In this document: positions 39,447 through 53,733 of the stretch, piece by piece | Position numbering within the stretch: position 1 is the stretch's first letter | Layout of the letters: each line of letters starts with the position of its first letter | Source of the DNA: Eledone cirrhosa | Lineage: Eukaryota | Reading direction: 5' to 3' | Assembly (NCBI GenBank): GCA_964016885.1 | Contig: OZ024740.1 | Span: forward strand, 191,394,001-191,458,000 | DNA: 64,000 bases | Notes under the pieces: generated by a model | The model's database searches: none | What the model saw: the letters and a program-made list of their open reading frames with translations, nothing else | What the model was told of the DNA's origin: nothing | Position numbers and translations under genes: made by a program

Positions 39447-39651
39447 TACACATACATATATACACATATATATATATATGTATACACACATATATATATA
39501 TATACACACATACACACATATATATACATACACATACACACACACACATACACACATATATACATATATACACACATATACATATATACACACATATACA
39601 TATATACACACATATACATACATACATACACATACACACACACACACACAC

Positions 39652-39705
<54 letters not shown>

Positions 39706-39923
39706 TACACATATACACAAATACAAACAAATATATACACATACAAGTAAATAGGTCCTCAATAAATATACGCATATACGCAGGCACATAAAGACACCTC
39801 TACAGGCAGATAATGTAGATACGAAAGAGGTACTCACATAACCATAGTGGCCGTATTTCAGGTTGAGGAGGGGTGGGGGTAGGGTGGGGAGGAGGTATAG
39901 GGGCCAATAGGGGGAGGTCGTTT

Positions 39924-40700
39924 TTAGCCATCGGGTTTTAACACTGGCTTAAAGTGTTTGAATGTTGCAAAGTTCTTATGCATGCAGTTCGGGCAGTGTT
40001 CAGAGAGTTTGTTCAGTAGCGGGCCCTTGGCGAATAAAATTTCGTAGCTCTCTGAAATACAAAGTTCGCAGCCCTTGTGTCCTCCGTTGTAAGAGCGCGC
40101 TCTCTGGAGTATTTTCCAATTAAGCGTGAAGGGGGTGGAGTTCCTTTTGAGGTCCCAAACGTAGGAGGCGAGTTTAGTCTGACTTGATTTATCCGGTCTT
40201 CTGAAGGAGTGGGTATGGGCATACCAACGGGTCTTAACATTGTTGGAGGTCATGCCGATGTAACTTTTTTTGCAATCCTCGGTGCCTGAGATGACATCGC
40301 ATTTGTATACGATGTCATTTGTGAGACATTTGTTTTCTAGTGGGCATGCTTCCTTATTTAGGCAATTACATAGAGCCCCAGTCCGGGGATTGGTTTCGGA
40401 GGTGGTTGGCTTATTTAGTTTAGAGTTGTGGTTGGCTATATTCCTAGCTAGGTTAGGTGTGGTGGAGTAAGACTGTCTCATAGTGTTCTTATTAAAGATG
40501 GTGTAGTACCTATGTTGTATGGGGAAGTGTAATTTCAGTAAAGTGAAGAAAATCCTAGCTATCGGAGTAGATACCTCTCTATTGAAGGGAGGGTTGTACC
40601 AGCTAATCTGCCTATGTCTATTCCTCCTCTGCAATTTTGCGGTGGTCTCTAGGTAAGTTATCTTATCTTTAAATCCGCTACGGGCTAGGGCGTCATCCAA
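39924..40700 (-). CDS. PLE C-terminal linker + GIY-YIG endonuclease (open frame of a truncated element)
   Basis: WYNPPFN, CNC..ACPL..KC, IVY..SYIGMT..RW..H, CELCISE. Confidence 0.88.
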   Translation of the reverse strand: MDDALARSGFKDKITYLETTAKLQRRNRHRQISWYNPPFNREVSTPIARIFFTLLKLHFPIQHRYYTIFNKNTMRQSYSTTPNLARNIANHNSKLNKPTTSETNPRTGALCNCLNKEACPLENKCLTNDIVYKCDVISGTEDCKKSYIGMTSNNVKTRWYAHTHSFRRPDKSSQTKLASYVWDLKRNSTPFTLNWKILQRARSYNGGHKGCELCISESYEILFAKGPLLNKLSEHCPNCMHKNFATFKHFKPVLKPDG

Positions 40701-40732
40701 GCAACCGTACTACAAATCTCTCTATATATATA

Positions 40733-40766
<34 letters not shown>

Positions 40767-40831
40767 TATATATATAGAGAGATTTGTAGTACGGTTGCTT
40801 GGATGCGTCCATAGGCGGTATGTCGCTGGAG

Positions 40832-40932
<101 letters not shown>

Positions 40933-41879
40933 CACGTCTGTGTGTAGGCATATAGTTACATACGTTGAATGATAACCATCTATCTAGATACAAAGATAGA
41001 CGAATTATTAGATTACCTTTCAATCTCACGTTTTGTTAATGTACCTGGTATAAATATGAAAGCAAAATTAAAAGTTTTTCTTATCAATAGAATGTTGTCG
41101 CTTTGAATTATTGTCTTATTATTGCTTTTTGCCAAAGAGTGAAAATATATAATTAAATCTCTAACATGAATCCTTCTCAAATTTCAGAGAAACATTGTAA
41201 TTGTATAATATTAGTGTAAAAAGGCCTACGTTTGGTCACGAAGGATCACAGTTTTGCGTATCGAGTGTTACTCTCCAAGGAGCAAGCATAGGCTTGGCTG
41301 GTTTGTGGATGACCAGCAATTTTCCCCTCTCCACACTACCGATGTTTTTTAAAGTGAAAACCAAGAGACACTGCTGCTTAGCATAAGTGTCTGAGTGGAG
41401 TGGGGCAACGTGATAAATAAAAGTGTCTTAATCAAAGACATATTGTTCACCCCTTCCTTGAAATTTATCTCTTTTAATACCAAACTGCTTTGACTGACAT
41501 CTTGCAACACATATCTTGCTTTGGCTGATCGTTTCATTTTTATGTTGGAAACTATTGTATGAACAGAGCCAACACATCAAACGACTAAGTGGGATTTCTT
41601 TTTGGAAATGTAAATAGGCACAATCTATGGTGATTTATTGATGGTGGTTGCTAATTGTCTTTGATTTCGAAAAAGCTTGGTAGTAAATCATTTTCCAAAT
41701 TATCTCAAAAGTTGTAATATGTTGATGGAACACGATCAACATATTTGAGAAAGCGATTCTTAACACAGAGCAAAAAGCAAGAAAGCCCAAAAGAAATTGC
41801 TACTTCGTAACTGAAGTTTTAATTACCCTCGTAATATCTGAATCCTGCTATCTTAGGAATCATAATCACAATTCCAGTC

Positions 41880-41930
<51 letters not shown>

Positions 41931-41932
41931 TT

Positions 41933-42365
41933 AAAAGAATTGAGGTGTAACACGCAAGTTATGATATATTGGAAAAAGGAAAAGAAAATGCTGAGAAATT
42001 GTTCACAGTGAATTAGGAATAAATAAAAATTATTAATAAGTATTGGTTAGTATTCAGTTTTGGTTTTAAATTTTTAACTGTTGCGCATTTCTAATGCTTT
42101 TCAAAAATAATTTTGAGATAGAGCGCCCGTGATGTTTGCTCTAATCTGATTAGTTTTGGAAATTCTACCTGTTTTATGTGAAAAAAGTGGCTCCAGATGT
42201 ATTAAAATAAGTTTCGCGCCAATTCGTGTTGCAAACATTCTTGTGGTCAAAACAATTTTGATTGCTCAGTAGAGGTCATATGAATGTTAAAAATTGATTT
42301 TGCGCCAAATGTAGGTTTGTCTCGGCTGATTGAGAAGTCACTGAAAATTAAGTCTTTTAAGACAA

Positions 42366-42400
<35 letters not shown>

Positions 42401-42407
42401 CGTGTGT

Positions 42408-42456
<49 letters not shown>

Positions 42457-42488
42457 TGTCTGTTTGTGTCCGTCTGTTTGTGTGTGTA

Positions 42489-42521
<33 letters not shown>

Positions 42522-43462
42522 GTGTGTGTGTGGACTAGTATTTTTGTGATACTGGTAAAGATGGTGTACGTTATTCGATATTTTCAGTAAAAACGATTCT
42601 CTCAATAGAACATAAAAAAACTTAATAATAAAAAGTGTGAAATGATATATAGTATTGTCATAACACCAAGGTGTGTGTGAGTGTCCACATTGTACGTACT
42701 GCAAGGGTAATCCATTAGGCCCTGCCGTATTGGAATACTTGTGTACAGATATGTATGTGCCCATCAGTGTGTAATGCATGTGAATTGGCAGTATCGGTAG
42801 AGGGTCGGACGCCATGCTTTCAAGCATAGTTACGTCCCTTTACGATCTGAGTTCAAATCCCGCCGAGGTTGACTTTGCCTTTCATCCTTACAGGGTCGAT
42901 AAAATAAAGTACCAGTAATGCACTGGATAATTGCTGGCCTTGTGCCTAAAGTAGAAACAAGTATGTAATGCATGTGTGCGTATATGTATGTGTGTGTGTC
43001 GGCACGTTTATATCTATAGACATCAAAAGGTATGCAAATTTGTGTATATTTGTGTTGCACCATAGAACATATGTGTTTACATATGTCATTGTGTTGATAT
43101 GTGGATAGAGATGTATGTAGGATGTATGGTGATGTAGGTATGTATGCTGACGTGTGTATGTTGTGGGTTCGTCTTGGGGAGAAGTGTTTAGACGGGGTTC
43201 GTATTTGTTAATAAAGTGAGATTCCTTGCTGATGCGCTGAGTGTGGGTGGCATTATCTTTCAATTTCTAGAGGAGAAAGATTCTGAAGTTGGGATGATTT
43301 TGGGCGCCACGGGTATCAATGGGTTCACTCAGTATTTTCCTGTATTCCCATATTTTAATTTGGGATCTATGGACAGTCATGCATTCGCGGAGGCTGTTTT
43401 TGGTCTGGCCTATGTATTGTTCTCGACAACCTGAGCAAGTTAATACATATATTAGATTTTCT
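41933..43462 (-). mobile_element. 3' part of a Neptune-like Penelope element
   Basis: Reverse-complement match to ~50700-52412, including YIGQT. Confidence 0.88.
42783..42960 (+). mobile_element. tRNA-derived SINE inserted in the PLE 3' region
   Basis: B box GAGTTCAAATCC. TSD ~TGTAATGCATGTG on both sides. Confidence 0.92.
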
Positions 43463-45852
43463 GTACAACCCCAGTAGTACAGACCGGGTCCGTAAACAAT
43501 TAATCAGCTCCTTCCGCGATTGGGATTTAAAATAACCCTACAGACGTCCCTGACCAGAGTAAACTTCCTCGACGTTACGCTTGACCTCAATAACGAGCTG
43601 TACTATCCATACAGGAAACCAAACAACACCCTGCACTACATCCACCGCCGGTCAAACCATCCTAGGAATATCACCAATAACCTGTTTAAAAACATCTCCC
43701 TCCGCATATCTCGTTTTTCCGCTAATAAGCAGATATTCGAGGAACATGTGCCTTATTACAATCAAGCCCTCAAGCGGAGTAGCTTCCGGGAGGAAATATC
43801 CTACTGTCCAGCTTCCATTAGGGGAACCAGCAGGCGACACTGCCGCTGAGGCAATGTAAGATGGTTCAATCCTCCCCAGAACGCCGAGGTGACAACTCCT
43901 ATAGGGAAACTATTATTTAGGCTCATCGAAAAACACTTCCTTCTACAACACCGCTACCACAACATAATCAACAAAACTACCACCAAACTCTCCTACAGCA
44001 TCACACCTAACTCTGCACTAAACATCGTCTCCTCTAACAACAACAAACTCAACCCCTATGGAAGAAATAACCTAAATAGCAGTGGAGAGCCGACCAGGAA
44101 GTGCAACTGTCCTGATGGATCCATTTTCCCCCTCGACAACAGATGCACTGATCGTAAGGTGATCTACCAGTGCAACGTGAGGACGGACACCTCCAACAAA
44201 GCTTATACAGGATTAACTGCATGTGACTTCAAGACCCGGCTATACCAACACAGACATACATTCCGTAACCCGGCCCGGCGTCACGCCACCACACTTTCGG
44301 GCCACATGTGGGACCTCAAAGATAACAATATTACCTATGATGTCACTTGGACCTTACTGTCCAGAGCCAACTCTTACACGGGAGGACGCCGTCCGTGCAA
44401 TTTAAGCTCGGAGGAAACTTTACAAATGCTGTTTTCGACAACTCCTAAACAAGAAAGACGAACTGGTAACTGCATGCAAACACAGATTGCGTAAGACCTA
44501 CCTCGCCCTCAAACCGCATAATGACGGGGGGGGGGGTAGATAAGGGCTGTAAAACCCTACTTGAAGACTTTGTAACGTGTTACCCCTGCTTGCAAAGGAA
44601 CACGTAAGATCTTCTTTTATATATTTTTATCGTTTTATCTATATTTCCTTCTTCGCCCCATCCCTTCCTAGTCCTTCCAGCCCCAGTCCTCCTTCTTTGT
44701 CGTCGTCCTTTTCACTTTCTCGCCTACCCCGAGGCAGCCCCTCAGTCCTTTCTAGCCTCAGTACCTTCAACCCCATCCCCTACTCTATGATATAATTGGC
44801 CGACTCCGCTTCTTATAGCAGATGTCATAGACCCCAGATACTTGCTTTCTTATCCGATGGCTGCCCCATTTCCGTGCTTTCTACATTTCTTAGTGGTATC
44901 TCTGCTTTAGTTTCTCGTATATCAATATTTATTTTGTTGGGGTGGGGGGTATTCTGAATTAATTTTCCGTATCAAATTTTTCATATATATCGTACGAGCA
45001 TTTATGTAGTTTGTACTAGAATTTTGGTATCGTTGCAGCACCCTTAGAGATAGTATTAGTATTCATTTTCGGGATTCTGAATTTCGTATTAGTTTATGTT
45101 TTGCACTGGCCTTGTGCCTAAAGTAGAAACAATTACTTCGTATCAGTTTCGGGACTCTGAATTATTATTTCGTGGTAGTTTCTTTAGTATTTTGTTCCCC
45201 TTCTCGTTGACCTGTCGCTGTAAGATATACTCGGTTGATTACTACTAACTCATAAAATTGTCTCACTACAATTCCGTCCCACCTAGTAAACTTTTCTATA
45301 GTTTAGCAGTACCAGTGAGAGACTTGATGATTGTGGTTAGGGAATAGTAACCAGAAATTGTTTTTTTTATATTTTTAACATTCTTGGTATTCTTCTATAT
45401 ATTTACTCCATATTGATTTACTTATTGTTTCGACTTCCTCCCCACCCCCTCCCTAGTATTCTTGCTTGACCTCCTGCCTTTAGGATCCTGCTGTAGTTGG
45501 CACTATCAAAGCACGACTGGGTTTCCTCCACTCCCTCTCCCTCTTTCTTCTACTGGCAGGTTCAGCTAACCCTTCCTTCCACACATTGCCATCATAGAAT
45601 TATGTGTCTCAACAACAAACTTTTGACCAATCCTTGTGACAATCACTTTTAACATATATAGTATTACCCCCTGAGAAGCTCAGCTATTCATATACCAGGA
45701 TAAACATTTTCATTTAGTCCTGAATTAGCCGTCGAAACGGCTTGAGCTCAACCATCGGGGTACAACTCGTTCCTATTACCCACTCTACTACCCTAAGTAT
45801 TGAGTACTTTGGTGCGTTATGGTCCACTTGGTTCCTTACCACATTTCCTTCG
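43463..45852 (+). mobile_element. 5'-truncated Nematis-like Penelope element (RT thumb + GIY-YIG remnant 43463-44540, 3' region, pLTR)
   Basis: VNFLDVTLDL..YPYRKPN..YIHRRSNHP, WFNPP, CNC..PL..C, VIY..AYTGLT. Linkage of the distal 45000-45852 part is inferred. Confidence 0.8.
45665..45762 (+). ncRNA. Hammerhead ribozyme motif (core partly degenerate)
   Basis: TACCCC-CTGAGAA-long stem II-GAAA-CGGCTTGAGCTCAACCA-TC-GGGGTA. The paralog at ~54325-54352 has a better stem III and GTC. Confidence 0.65.
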
Positions 45853-45880
45853 TTATATATATATATATATATATATATTT

Positions 45881-46195
45881 CAGGAGGGCTCTGAACATTG
45901 ATCAGTATACACTGAGGATGAAAAACTCAAGAGCTGTATGTGAGCCTCCCAAAAGTCAACTCAAAAGTGACGCAGAGGAGAATGATCGTAGCTGGACAGG
46001 CTCACCGACATCCAGAGTTGACATTGCACTTAGTGCTCTTGTGGGAGCCCCTACATGGACACACTTAAAGAGGAAGACCAAGGTTAACGTATGTTGATGC
46101 CCTAAGGACAGATACGTGTCTGTTGGAGACGCAGGACATGGCAGCGATAATGAAGGACAGAAACCGCTGGAGAGAATTCGTCCATGTATCTCGGG
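45881..46195 (+). mobile_element. 3' fragment of an RTE/RTEX-like LINE
   Basis: Manual translation: RRALNI..QRRMIVAGQAHRHPE..LLWEPLHG..RGRPRLTYVDALRTD..MKDRNRWREFV. Confidence 0.7.
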
Positions 46196-46219
46196 AATTT
46201 TACCCGCCCTAGATATATA

Positions 46220-46297
<78 letters not shown>

Positions 46298-47134
46298 CAG
46301 TTCAAGAGTCACCAATCTTAAACAGAAATATGGAGATAGGACATGAGATGGGAGAGGAGAGATGTGTGAATTAGTTAGAAGCCAAAGCGTAAAGGCGTGT
46401 GCTCAATGAATGTGCAATATGCAGTGGAAAGCAGCTAGATGGCTGGGTTCATGCAGGAAATATTCATTAGTTAAGCTAAACAAGACCACACTTTTCACAA
46501 GGAAGAGATTATTAAAAGATTGTCAACATAATTTAGTTATATATATAGTAATATAGAGTCTTACAATTAACCTGTTAATCATTTTATTGACAGGTTAATT
46601 GCATAAGTTTATTTTAAAAACTATCCGATTGAGTGCGTATTCGATTGGTGCTATTTATGCAATTTTTGCATGGTATACACATACTGAATTCATTTGCCAA
46701 AATATGGGGTTTTCTCCTTGTGAATTCCACATGTGCTTTTACGCGGCTATGTGTCATTCACAAATTTGGTACAGAGCAAGATACCCGTTGATAACGTGAT
46801 ATTCCTTGTTCGATCTTTATACCTAAAGCTTATAATTTTAAGCAGTCAATATTTTGATTTAGGTGTCATAGAAACCCTGCATTTGGATTTAAACATCAAT
46901 TCCAATGGGTGCAGGTCTGTGTTTTTTATCATTTAATTTGTTTTGACCTGTTTAGCTTGATTTGCTTTTTGGCGTAGGTGGTTGATGCTTTCTTCATCAC
47001 TTTTTCAGCTTTGCATGGCGTTTTTACATAATGTTTAGCTCTGTTTTTTTTAACTATGGAGCGCTTGCAAGCATATTTCTGATTTTTGCGTTTCATTTCG
47101 CTTTTTCTACCTGCCGAAATGCGATTCTCGCTCA

Positions 47135-47239
<105 letters not shown>

Positions 47240-47818
47240 TTATGTGTGTATGTGTGAATGAAGTAATTCCGTCGGAAAGGTCCAGTAAAAAAGAGTGTTC
47301 TATGTAGGTTACAGAGCTTATTGGTTATGTAATAAACAACATAAGTTAATTATTTAATTTACCAGTGGTTTCCTGAAAGCAAATAAATCTGTTTTAGACC
47401 ATTTATGAGAATACCAAAGGGGCACAAGAATTGTTATTTGCGCACCACGGAAAAAGTTAGAATTCTCCAACATTTGACAGCCACTTAGACCTGCCTTAAA
47501 TTCAAGACCGAGATCTACAGATGTTGTCCTCATCTGAAATCACATCTACTTTGTAACTGGATTGACATTCCTTCGATGACTCAACCACCTTGAACTTCTT
47601 CTTTACTCATTACGCCTTACATCCAATGCGATTATTATTACTCTCTTAACTCATATTCTGTAACCATATATTATTTTTCTCCCTCCTCTCCTCATAGTGT
47701 TTCCTCTTTTATATATATATATTTGTTTCTGAGCGTATGTATGTATGCGTATATAGGTACGTATGTATGTGTCTGTATATATATATATGTGTGTGTGAGT
47801 GTGCGTGTGTGTGTGTAC

Positions 47819-47985
<167 letters not shown>

Positions 47986-48024
47986 TACATACGTACCTAT
48001 ATACGTACCTATATATATATATAT

Positions 48025-48279
48025 ATTGGTAAACGGAATAGCAAATGCTGACAAATTGTTCACAGTGAAAAATAGTTTAATTAGGAATAAGTGAGAATTA
48101 GTAATATGTTGGTTAGTATTCAGTTTTGGTTTTAAGTTTTACCTGTTGCGGATTTTTAATGCTTTAAAAAAATAATTTTGAGATAGAGCGTCAGTAATGT
48201 TTGTTCTGATCTGATTAGTTTTGGGAATTCTACCTATGTTTATGTTAAAATAGTGGCTCCAGCGGTATTAAAATAAGTC
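48025..48279 (-). mobile_element. Inverted pLTR fragment at the 5' end of the Neptune-like element
   Basis: Reverse complement of ~52120-52378. An inverted 5' pLTR is typical of PLE insertions. Confidence 0.85.
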
Positions 48280-51200
48280 TCCCCCTTCAAGAAGACACCA
48301 TACCAAATCACTCAACTACTACGCGGATGCCTCATCGTCAAACACAGGGAAAAGATACCACCACCATGATAGATGTAACAATTTCCCAGCTACAAGGTGA
48401 CAGCAAGGTAATTACCATTTTCTCAACTCTCGCTTCCACAATACACAACAAACCCACACCACACGATACAACCAACAACGTAGGCCACCTATAATACCGC
48501 AATCCAACATGGCACATAGAAACACACACCCATACGCGCAGTAAAGGAACACCCCATTCAATGTACAACCACCAACCCGAACCACATTTTACAACAAGGA
48601 ATATAACAAACACAGGAGACCACTTAACATCAGCAGACAACCCCTCTACCCCAACCATTTTTTTAGACACAGCACACAGATACAGGCAAACAAAATAACA
48701 CAAGACAGGGAGGAGAAACCGATAGTAATAAAAATTATCAATCTTACTAGTCTTACTAGTGCAGAACCAACACCCAACCTTATCAACTTACTCTCCAAAG
48801 GTCTTAAATTCACACCGAACCCACTACGTCCTAACTACTATGAAATGAAGGAAGACATCAGAGACTTCTGTAGAAAGTTACGACTCGGTGAAGAACTATT
48901 CGACCAGTACAATGAGGATGAATCATTAGCCAGAAATAGAAGCAATTACACGCCATCAAAAGGTAGAAATAAAATCCTGGACGAATTCTGTGAACACATC
49001 AGAAACTTCCCTTACCAACACTTGCACAGACAAAAACACAAGCCAAACCTCAACAAGAAAGAATGGGAAGAATTAAATAGATTAAAAACCGACAGAAACA
49101 TTACAATTAAAGAGGCTGATAAAGGGAGTACAGTAGTCCTAATGGAGAGAGAATTCTATATCAACTTAGCGCTCTCCACTTTGGAAAACGAAAAATACTA
49201 CGAAAAGGCTGAACACTACAATCAACAGATATTATGAGAAACCTAAAAACTCTGATCAACCAATACAAAGAAGGACTCACTACAAGGAATTCAGCTTCAT
49301 CACAGACTTCACAAGTAAATCCAGCCTTTTCTACGGTATCCCTAAAGTACATAAAAGCGAATTAATAAGTAAGGCATGCAAGGAAGCCACAGACATTGTC
49401 ATCAATGTCCCCTCACCCAATGATCTCAAATTAAGACCTATAATAGCAGGCCCCGCTTGCGAAACCCACCACCTTAGCAACTTCATTGATATCCTGCTCA
49501 AGCCTTTTCTCAAACACATCAAAAGCTATATAAGGGACGACCTAGATATGCTCAATCACATCCCTAATATGCCACTTTTTTAACAAACCCTACTAGTGAC
49601 GTTCGATGTAGTCAACATATACACCAACATCCCCCACAACCTAGGAATAGAAGCTATCCAATTCTGACTGGATAATTACCACAATGAACTCCCACAACGC
49701 ATCAAAAAACAATTCGTGATAGAGGGACTCAAATTTATCTTGGAGAACAATTATTTCCTTTTCAATAACAAACCCAACAGGCAGAAATCTGGGACCGCTA
49801 TGGGAACGAAAACAGCCCCCACTTATGCCAACCTAGTCATGGGATACCTGGAAATCACCCTCTACACTAAAGTCCTAAACAAATTTGGAAACACTGTCCA
49901 CTTACACATAGAAAGGAACTGGAAGCGATATCTAGATGACTTCTTCATCCTTTGGCACGAAAACATCGAAAAACTTATGGAATTTCACACCCTTATAAAT
50001 TGGCTCGACACCAATATTAACTTGACGATGGAATACAGCCATCAACAACCCCCCTTCCTCGACATCCTCATTAAGATCCATAATAAAAAAAATAGAAACA
50101 GACATATACTACAAGCCCACAGATTCCAAGCAATATCTTCCTTTCAACTCTTGCCACACTAGACACGTTAAAATTAATATTCCCTACAACTTAGCCAAGA
50201 TAATCTGTACTATAGTCTCCAATACAAACACCCGCTACTTACGGCTACAAGAACTGAAGGACACACTCATAGGCAGGGACTACCCTGCATCACTAATTGA
50301 CAATGGAATCCAACGTGCCCCAAACTCAGTACCCAGGACCTTAGACACCCTAAAGTAAATCAACCGAAACTAAAAGCTCTTCTATACATCTCTACACACA
50401 ACCCCCTCAACAATGAGGCCTTTGACACCATCCTCCAGAACATACCTGTGTTGAAAAAGGACCATAGAATGAACCAAATCCTACGAACACACGATATCAT
50501 AAAAAGCAAAAGACAATCTAAGTCAATGAAAAACATCCTAACACATTCCAAAGTACTGCCAACCACAACAACGAAACCCACAGTAACAAAATGTGATAGA
50601 CCTAACTGTGGCATTTGCATCAACCTAATAGAGGGTTCGGAATTATATTTCAAAGAAGGACAACGTTTTATAGTAAAACACAATTTCACATGCGAATCAG
50701 AAAATCTAATATATGTATTAACTTGCTCAGGTTGTCGAGAACAATACATAGGCCAGACCAAAAACAGCCTCCGCCAACGCATGACTGTCCATAGATCCCA
50801 AATTAAAATACGGGAATACAGGAAAATACCACCGAGTTAACACATTGATACCTGTGCCGCCCAAAATCATCCCAATTTCAGAATCTTTCCCCTCTACAAA
50901 TTTAAAGATAATGCCACCCACACCAAGCGCATCAGCAAGAAATCTTACTTTATTAACAAATACGGACCCATCTAAACACTTCTCCCTAAGGCGAACACAC
51001 AACATACAAAGGTCAACATACATACCTACATCAGCATACATCTCTACCCACATATAAACACAATGACATACGTAAACACACATGTTCTATGATGCAACAC
51101 AAATATACACAAATTTGCATACATTTTGATGTCTATAGATATAAACGTGCGACACACACACATACATAAACGCACATGCGCATTGCACACTGATGGGCAC

Positions 51201-52409
51201 ATACATATTTGTGCACAGATATTCCAATACGGCAGGGTCTAATGAATTCCCCTTGCAGTACGTACAATCTGGACACACTCCAGATACATATTTGTATACA
51301 GGTATACAATTTCTGGACACACTCCAGATACATTTGTACAATTTGTGCACAAGTATACAATTTGTGCACAGGTATACCATTTCTGGACACACTCCAGATA
51401 CATATTTGTGCACAGGTATTCCAATACGGCAAGGCCTAATGGATCCCCCTTGCAGTACGTACGATCTGGAGACACTCACACACACCTTGGTATTATGCCA
51501 ATACTATATATCATTTCACACCTTTTATTATTAAGGTTGTTGATGTTCTATTGAGAGAATCGATTTTACTGAAAATATCGAATAATGTACACCATTTTAC
51601 CAGAAATAAATACTGGTCCACCCCCACACACACACACAGACACATTCTCACACACACACACACATATATACACACACACATACACACGCGTACATTAACA
51701 TACAAAGAGACATATACACACACCCATACACACACACACACACTTCTCCGTATAAGACAAGAGCTGAAAAATATATTTTAACATGTTAACATGTCCCCCA
51801 CACACTTACAGACACATTCCTACTGACCATCCCTCTACCACGAATTACTCTGCTACACACACACACTTGTCTTAATAGGCATTTGAACTGTCAACAGGCT
51901 GCGGTTCGCACACACATCCCTGCTGACCATTATCACAACAACGAACCTCTTTACTACTACTACACACACACACATATTTGTTGTGAAATACTTATTTCTC
52001 AGTCAGCCGACACAAACCAACATTTGGCGCAAAATCAATTTTTTTACCTTCACATGACTTCTACCGACCAATCATAATTGTTTTGACCACAAGAATGTTT
52101 GCAACACAAATAGGCGCAACACTTATTTTAATACCGCTTGAGCCACTTTTTTTAACATAAAAACAGGTAGAATTCCCAAAACTAATCAGATCAGAGCAAA
52201 CATCACGGACGCTCTATCTCAAAATTATTTTTGAAAAGCATTAGAAATGCGCAACCGGTAAAACTTAATACCAAAACTGAATACTAAACAATTTATTACT
52301 AATTCTCACTTATTCCTAATTAAAATATGTTTCAGTGTGAACAATTTGTCAGCATTTTCTATTCCGTTTACCAATATATCATAACTTGTGTGTTACACCT
52401 CTATTCTTT

Positions 52410-52412
<3 letters not shown>
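48280..52412 (+). mobile_element. Neptune-like Penelope element
   Basis: RT followed by Zn finger and GIY-YIG. Long 3' region with (CA)n, ending in (TA)n. Confidence 0.9.
48730..50974 (+). pseudogene. PLE RT + GIY-YIG polyprotein, disrupted
   Basis: LSKGLKFTP, IKEADKG, FYGIPKVHK, RPIIAG, FDVVNIYTNIP, GTAMGT..APTYANL, WKRYLDD, CDRPNCGIC, LIY..CSGC..YIGQT. Confidence 0.9.
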
Positions 52413-52484
<72 letters not shown>

Positions 52485-52579
52485 GAAAATATAATGGAAA
52501 ATAGAGAAATTAATGTGAGCAAGAAGCCAACAGTAATTCATATATATATATGAATTACTGTTGGCTTCTTGCTCACATT

Positions 52580-53733
52580 AAAATACGGAAAATTAATTCA
52601 GAATCCAACCCGCCCAAAAGAAAAGAGAAGAAAGAAATACTGAAACGAGAAATTAAAGCAAAGATGCCACTAAGAAATATAGAAGGCACGGAAAAAAAGG
52701 GGCAGCGGTCGGATAAGGGGGCAAGTATCCGAGGTCTAACACAACTGCTATAAAAAGAGGAGTCCGCCAAAGCTATCATAGAATAGGGGAGGGGTGGGGG
52801 TACTGAGGCTACAAGGGGCCGAGGGGCTGCCTCGGGTGGGCGAGAAAAAGACGCCGACAAAGAAAAAGAACTGGGGTAGAAGGACTAGGGAGGAATGGAG
52901 GGAAGAAGGAAATATAGAGGAAGCGATAAAAGAATATAAAAAAAGATCTTACGTCTCCCTTGGCAAGCAGGGGTTACCCATTACAAAATCGGCAAGTGGG
53001 GTGTTATAGCACTAGTCTACCCCCCCCCCCCACCCCCGGGTCATTATGGGGTTTGAGGGCGAGGTAAGTCCTATGCAATCTGTGTTTACATGCAGTAACC
53101 AGTTCATCTTTCTTGTTTAGGAGTTGGTCCGTCGAAAACAGCATTTGTAAAGTTTCCTCCGAGCATAAATTGGACGGACGACGTCCTCCAGTGTAAGAGT
53201 TGGCTCTGGACAGTAATCTCCAAGTGAGATCATAGGTGATGTTGTTGTCCTTGAGGTCCCATATGTGGCCCGAAAGTGTAGTGACGTGACGCCGGGCCGG
53301 GTTTCGGAAGGTATGTCTGTGTTGGTATAGCCGGGTCTTGAAGTCACATGCGGTTAATCCTATATAAGCTTTGTTGAAGGTGTCCGTCCTCACGTTGCAC
53401 TGGTAGATCACCTTACGATCTCTGCATCTGTTGTCGAGGGGGAAAATGGATCTATCAGGACAGTTGCACCTCCTGGTCGGCTCTCCACTGCTATTTAGGT
53501 TATTTCTTCCATCGGGGTTGAGTTTTTGTTGTTGGAGGATACGATGTTTTGTGCGATTTGTGGTGTAGTGCTGTAAGAGAGTTTGTTGGTATTTTTGTTA
53601 ATTATTTTGTGGTAGCGGTGTTGTATTGGGAAGTGTTTTTCAATGAGCCTAAATAATACTTTCCCGATGGGAGTTGTCACCTATGCGTTGTGGGGTGGAT
53701 TGAACCATGTTACATTGCGTGAGCGGCGGTGTT
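52580..53733 (-). mobile_element. Nematis-like PLE 3' fragment (same family as 43463-44980)
   Basis: Reverse-complement match to ~43840-44975. VIY..AYIGLT. Confidence 0.88.

Larger units (their letters stand above)
37497..40700 (-). mobile_element. 5'-truncated Penelope-like element (Nematis-like) with microsatellite-filled 3' region and pLTR
   Basis: GIY-YIG ORF, then ~1.6 kb of (TA/CA)n, then the hammerhead-bearing terminus. Confidence 0.85.

Noticed and set aside
39924-40700. Naiad-type selenoprotein PLE
   Set aside because: The endonuclease is C-terminal and no in-frame TGA at Cys positions was seen.
41170-41830. Possible host exon(s) in complex sequence
   Set aside because: No recognisable protein motif or supportable splice structure.
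46690-46745. C2H2 zinc-finger linker-like remnant on - (IHKEKTPY)
   Set aside because: Single weak match with no adjacent intact finger.
52180-52265. Hammerhead in the Neptune-like terminus (GAAATGCGCA)
   Set aside because: No convincing CTGANGA box or stem I in any of the four copies.
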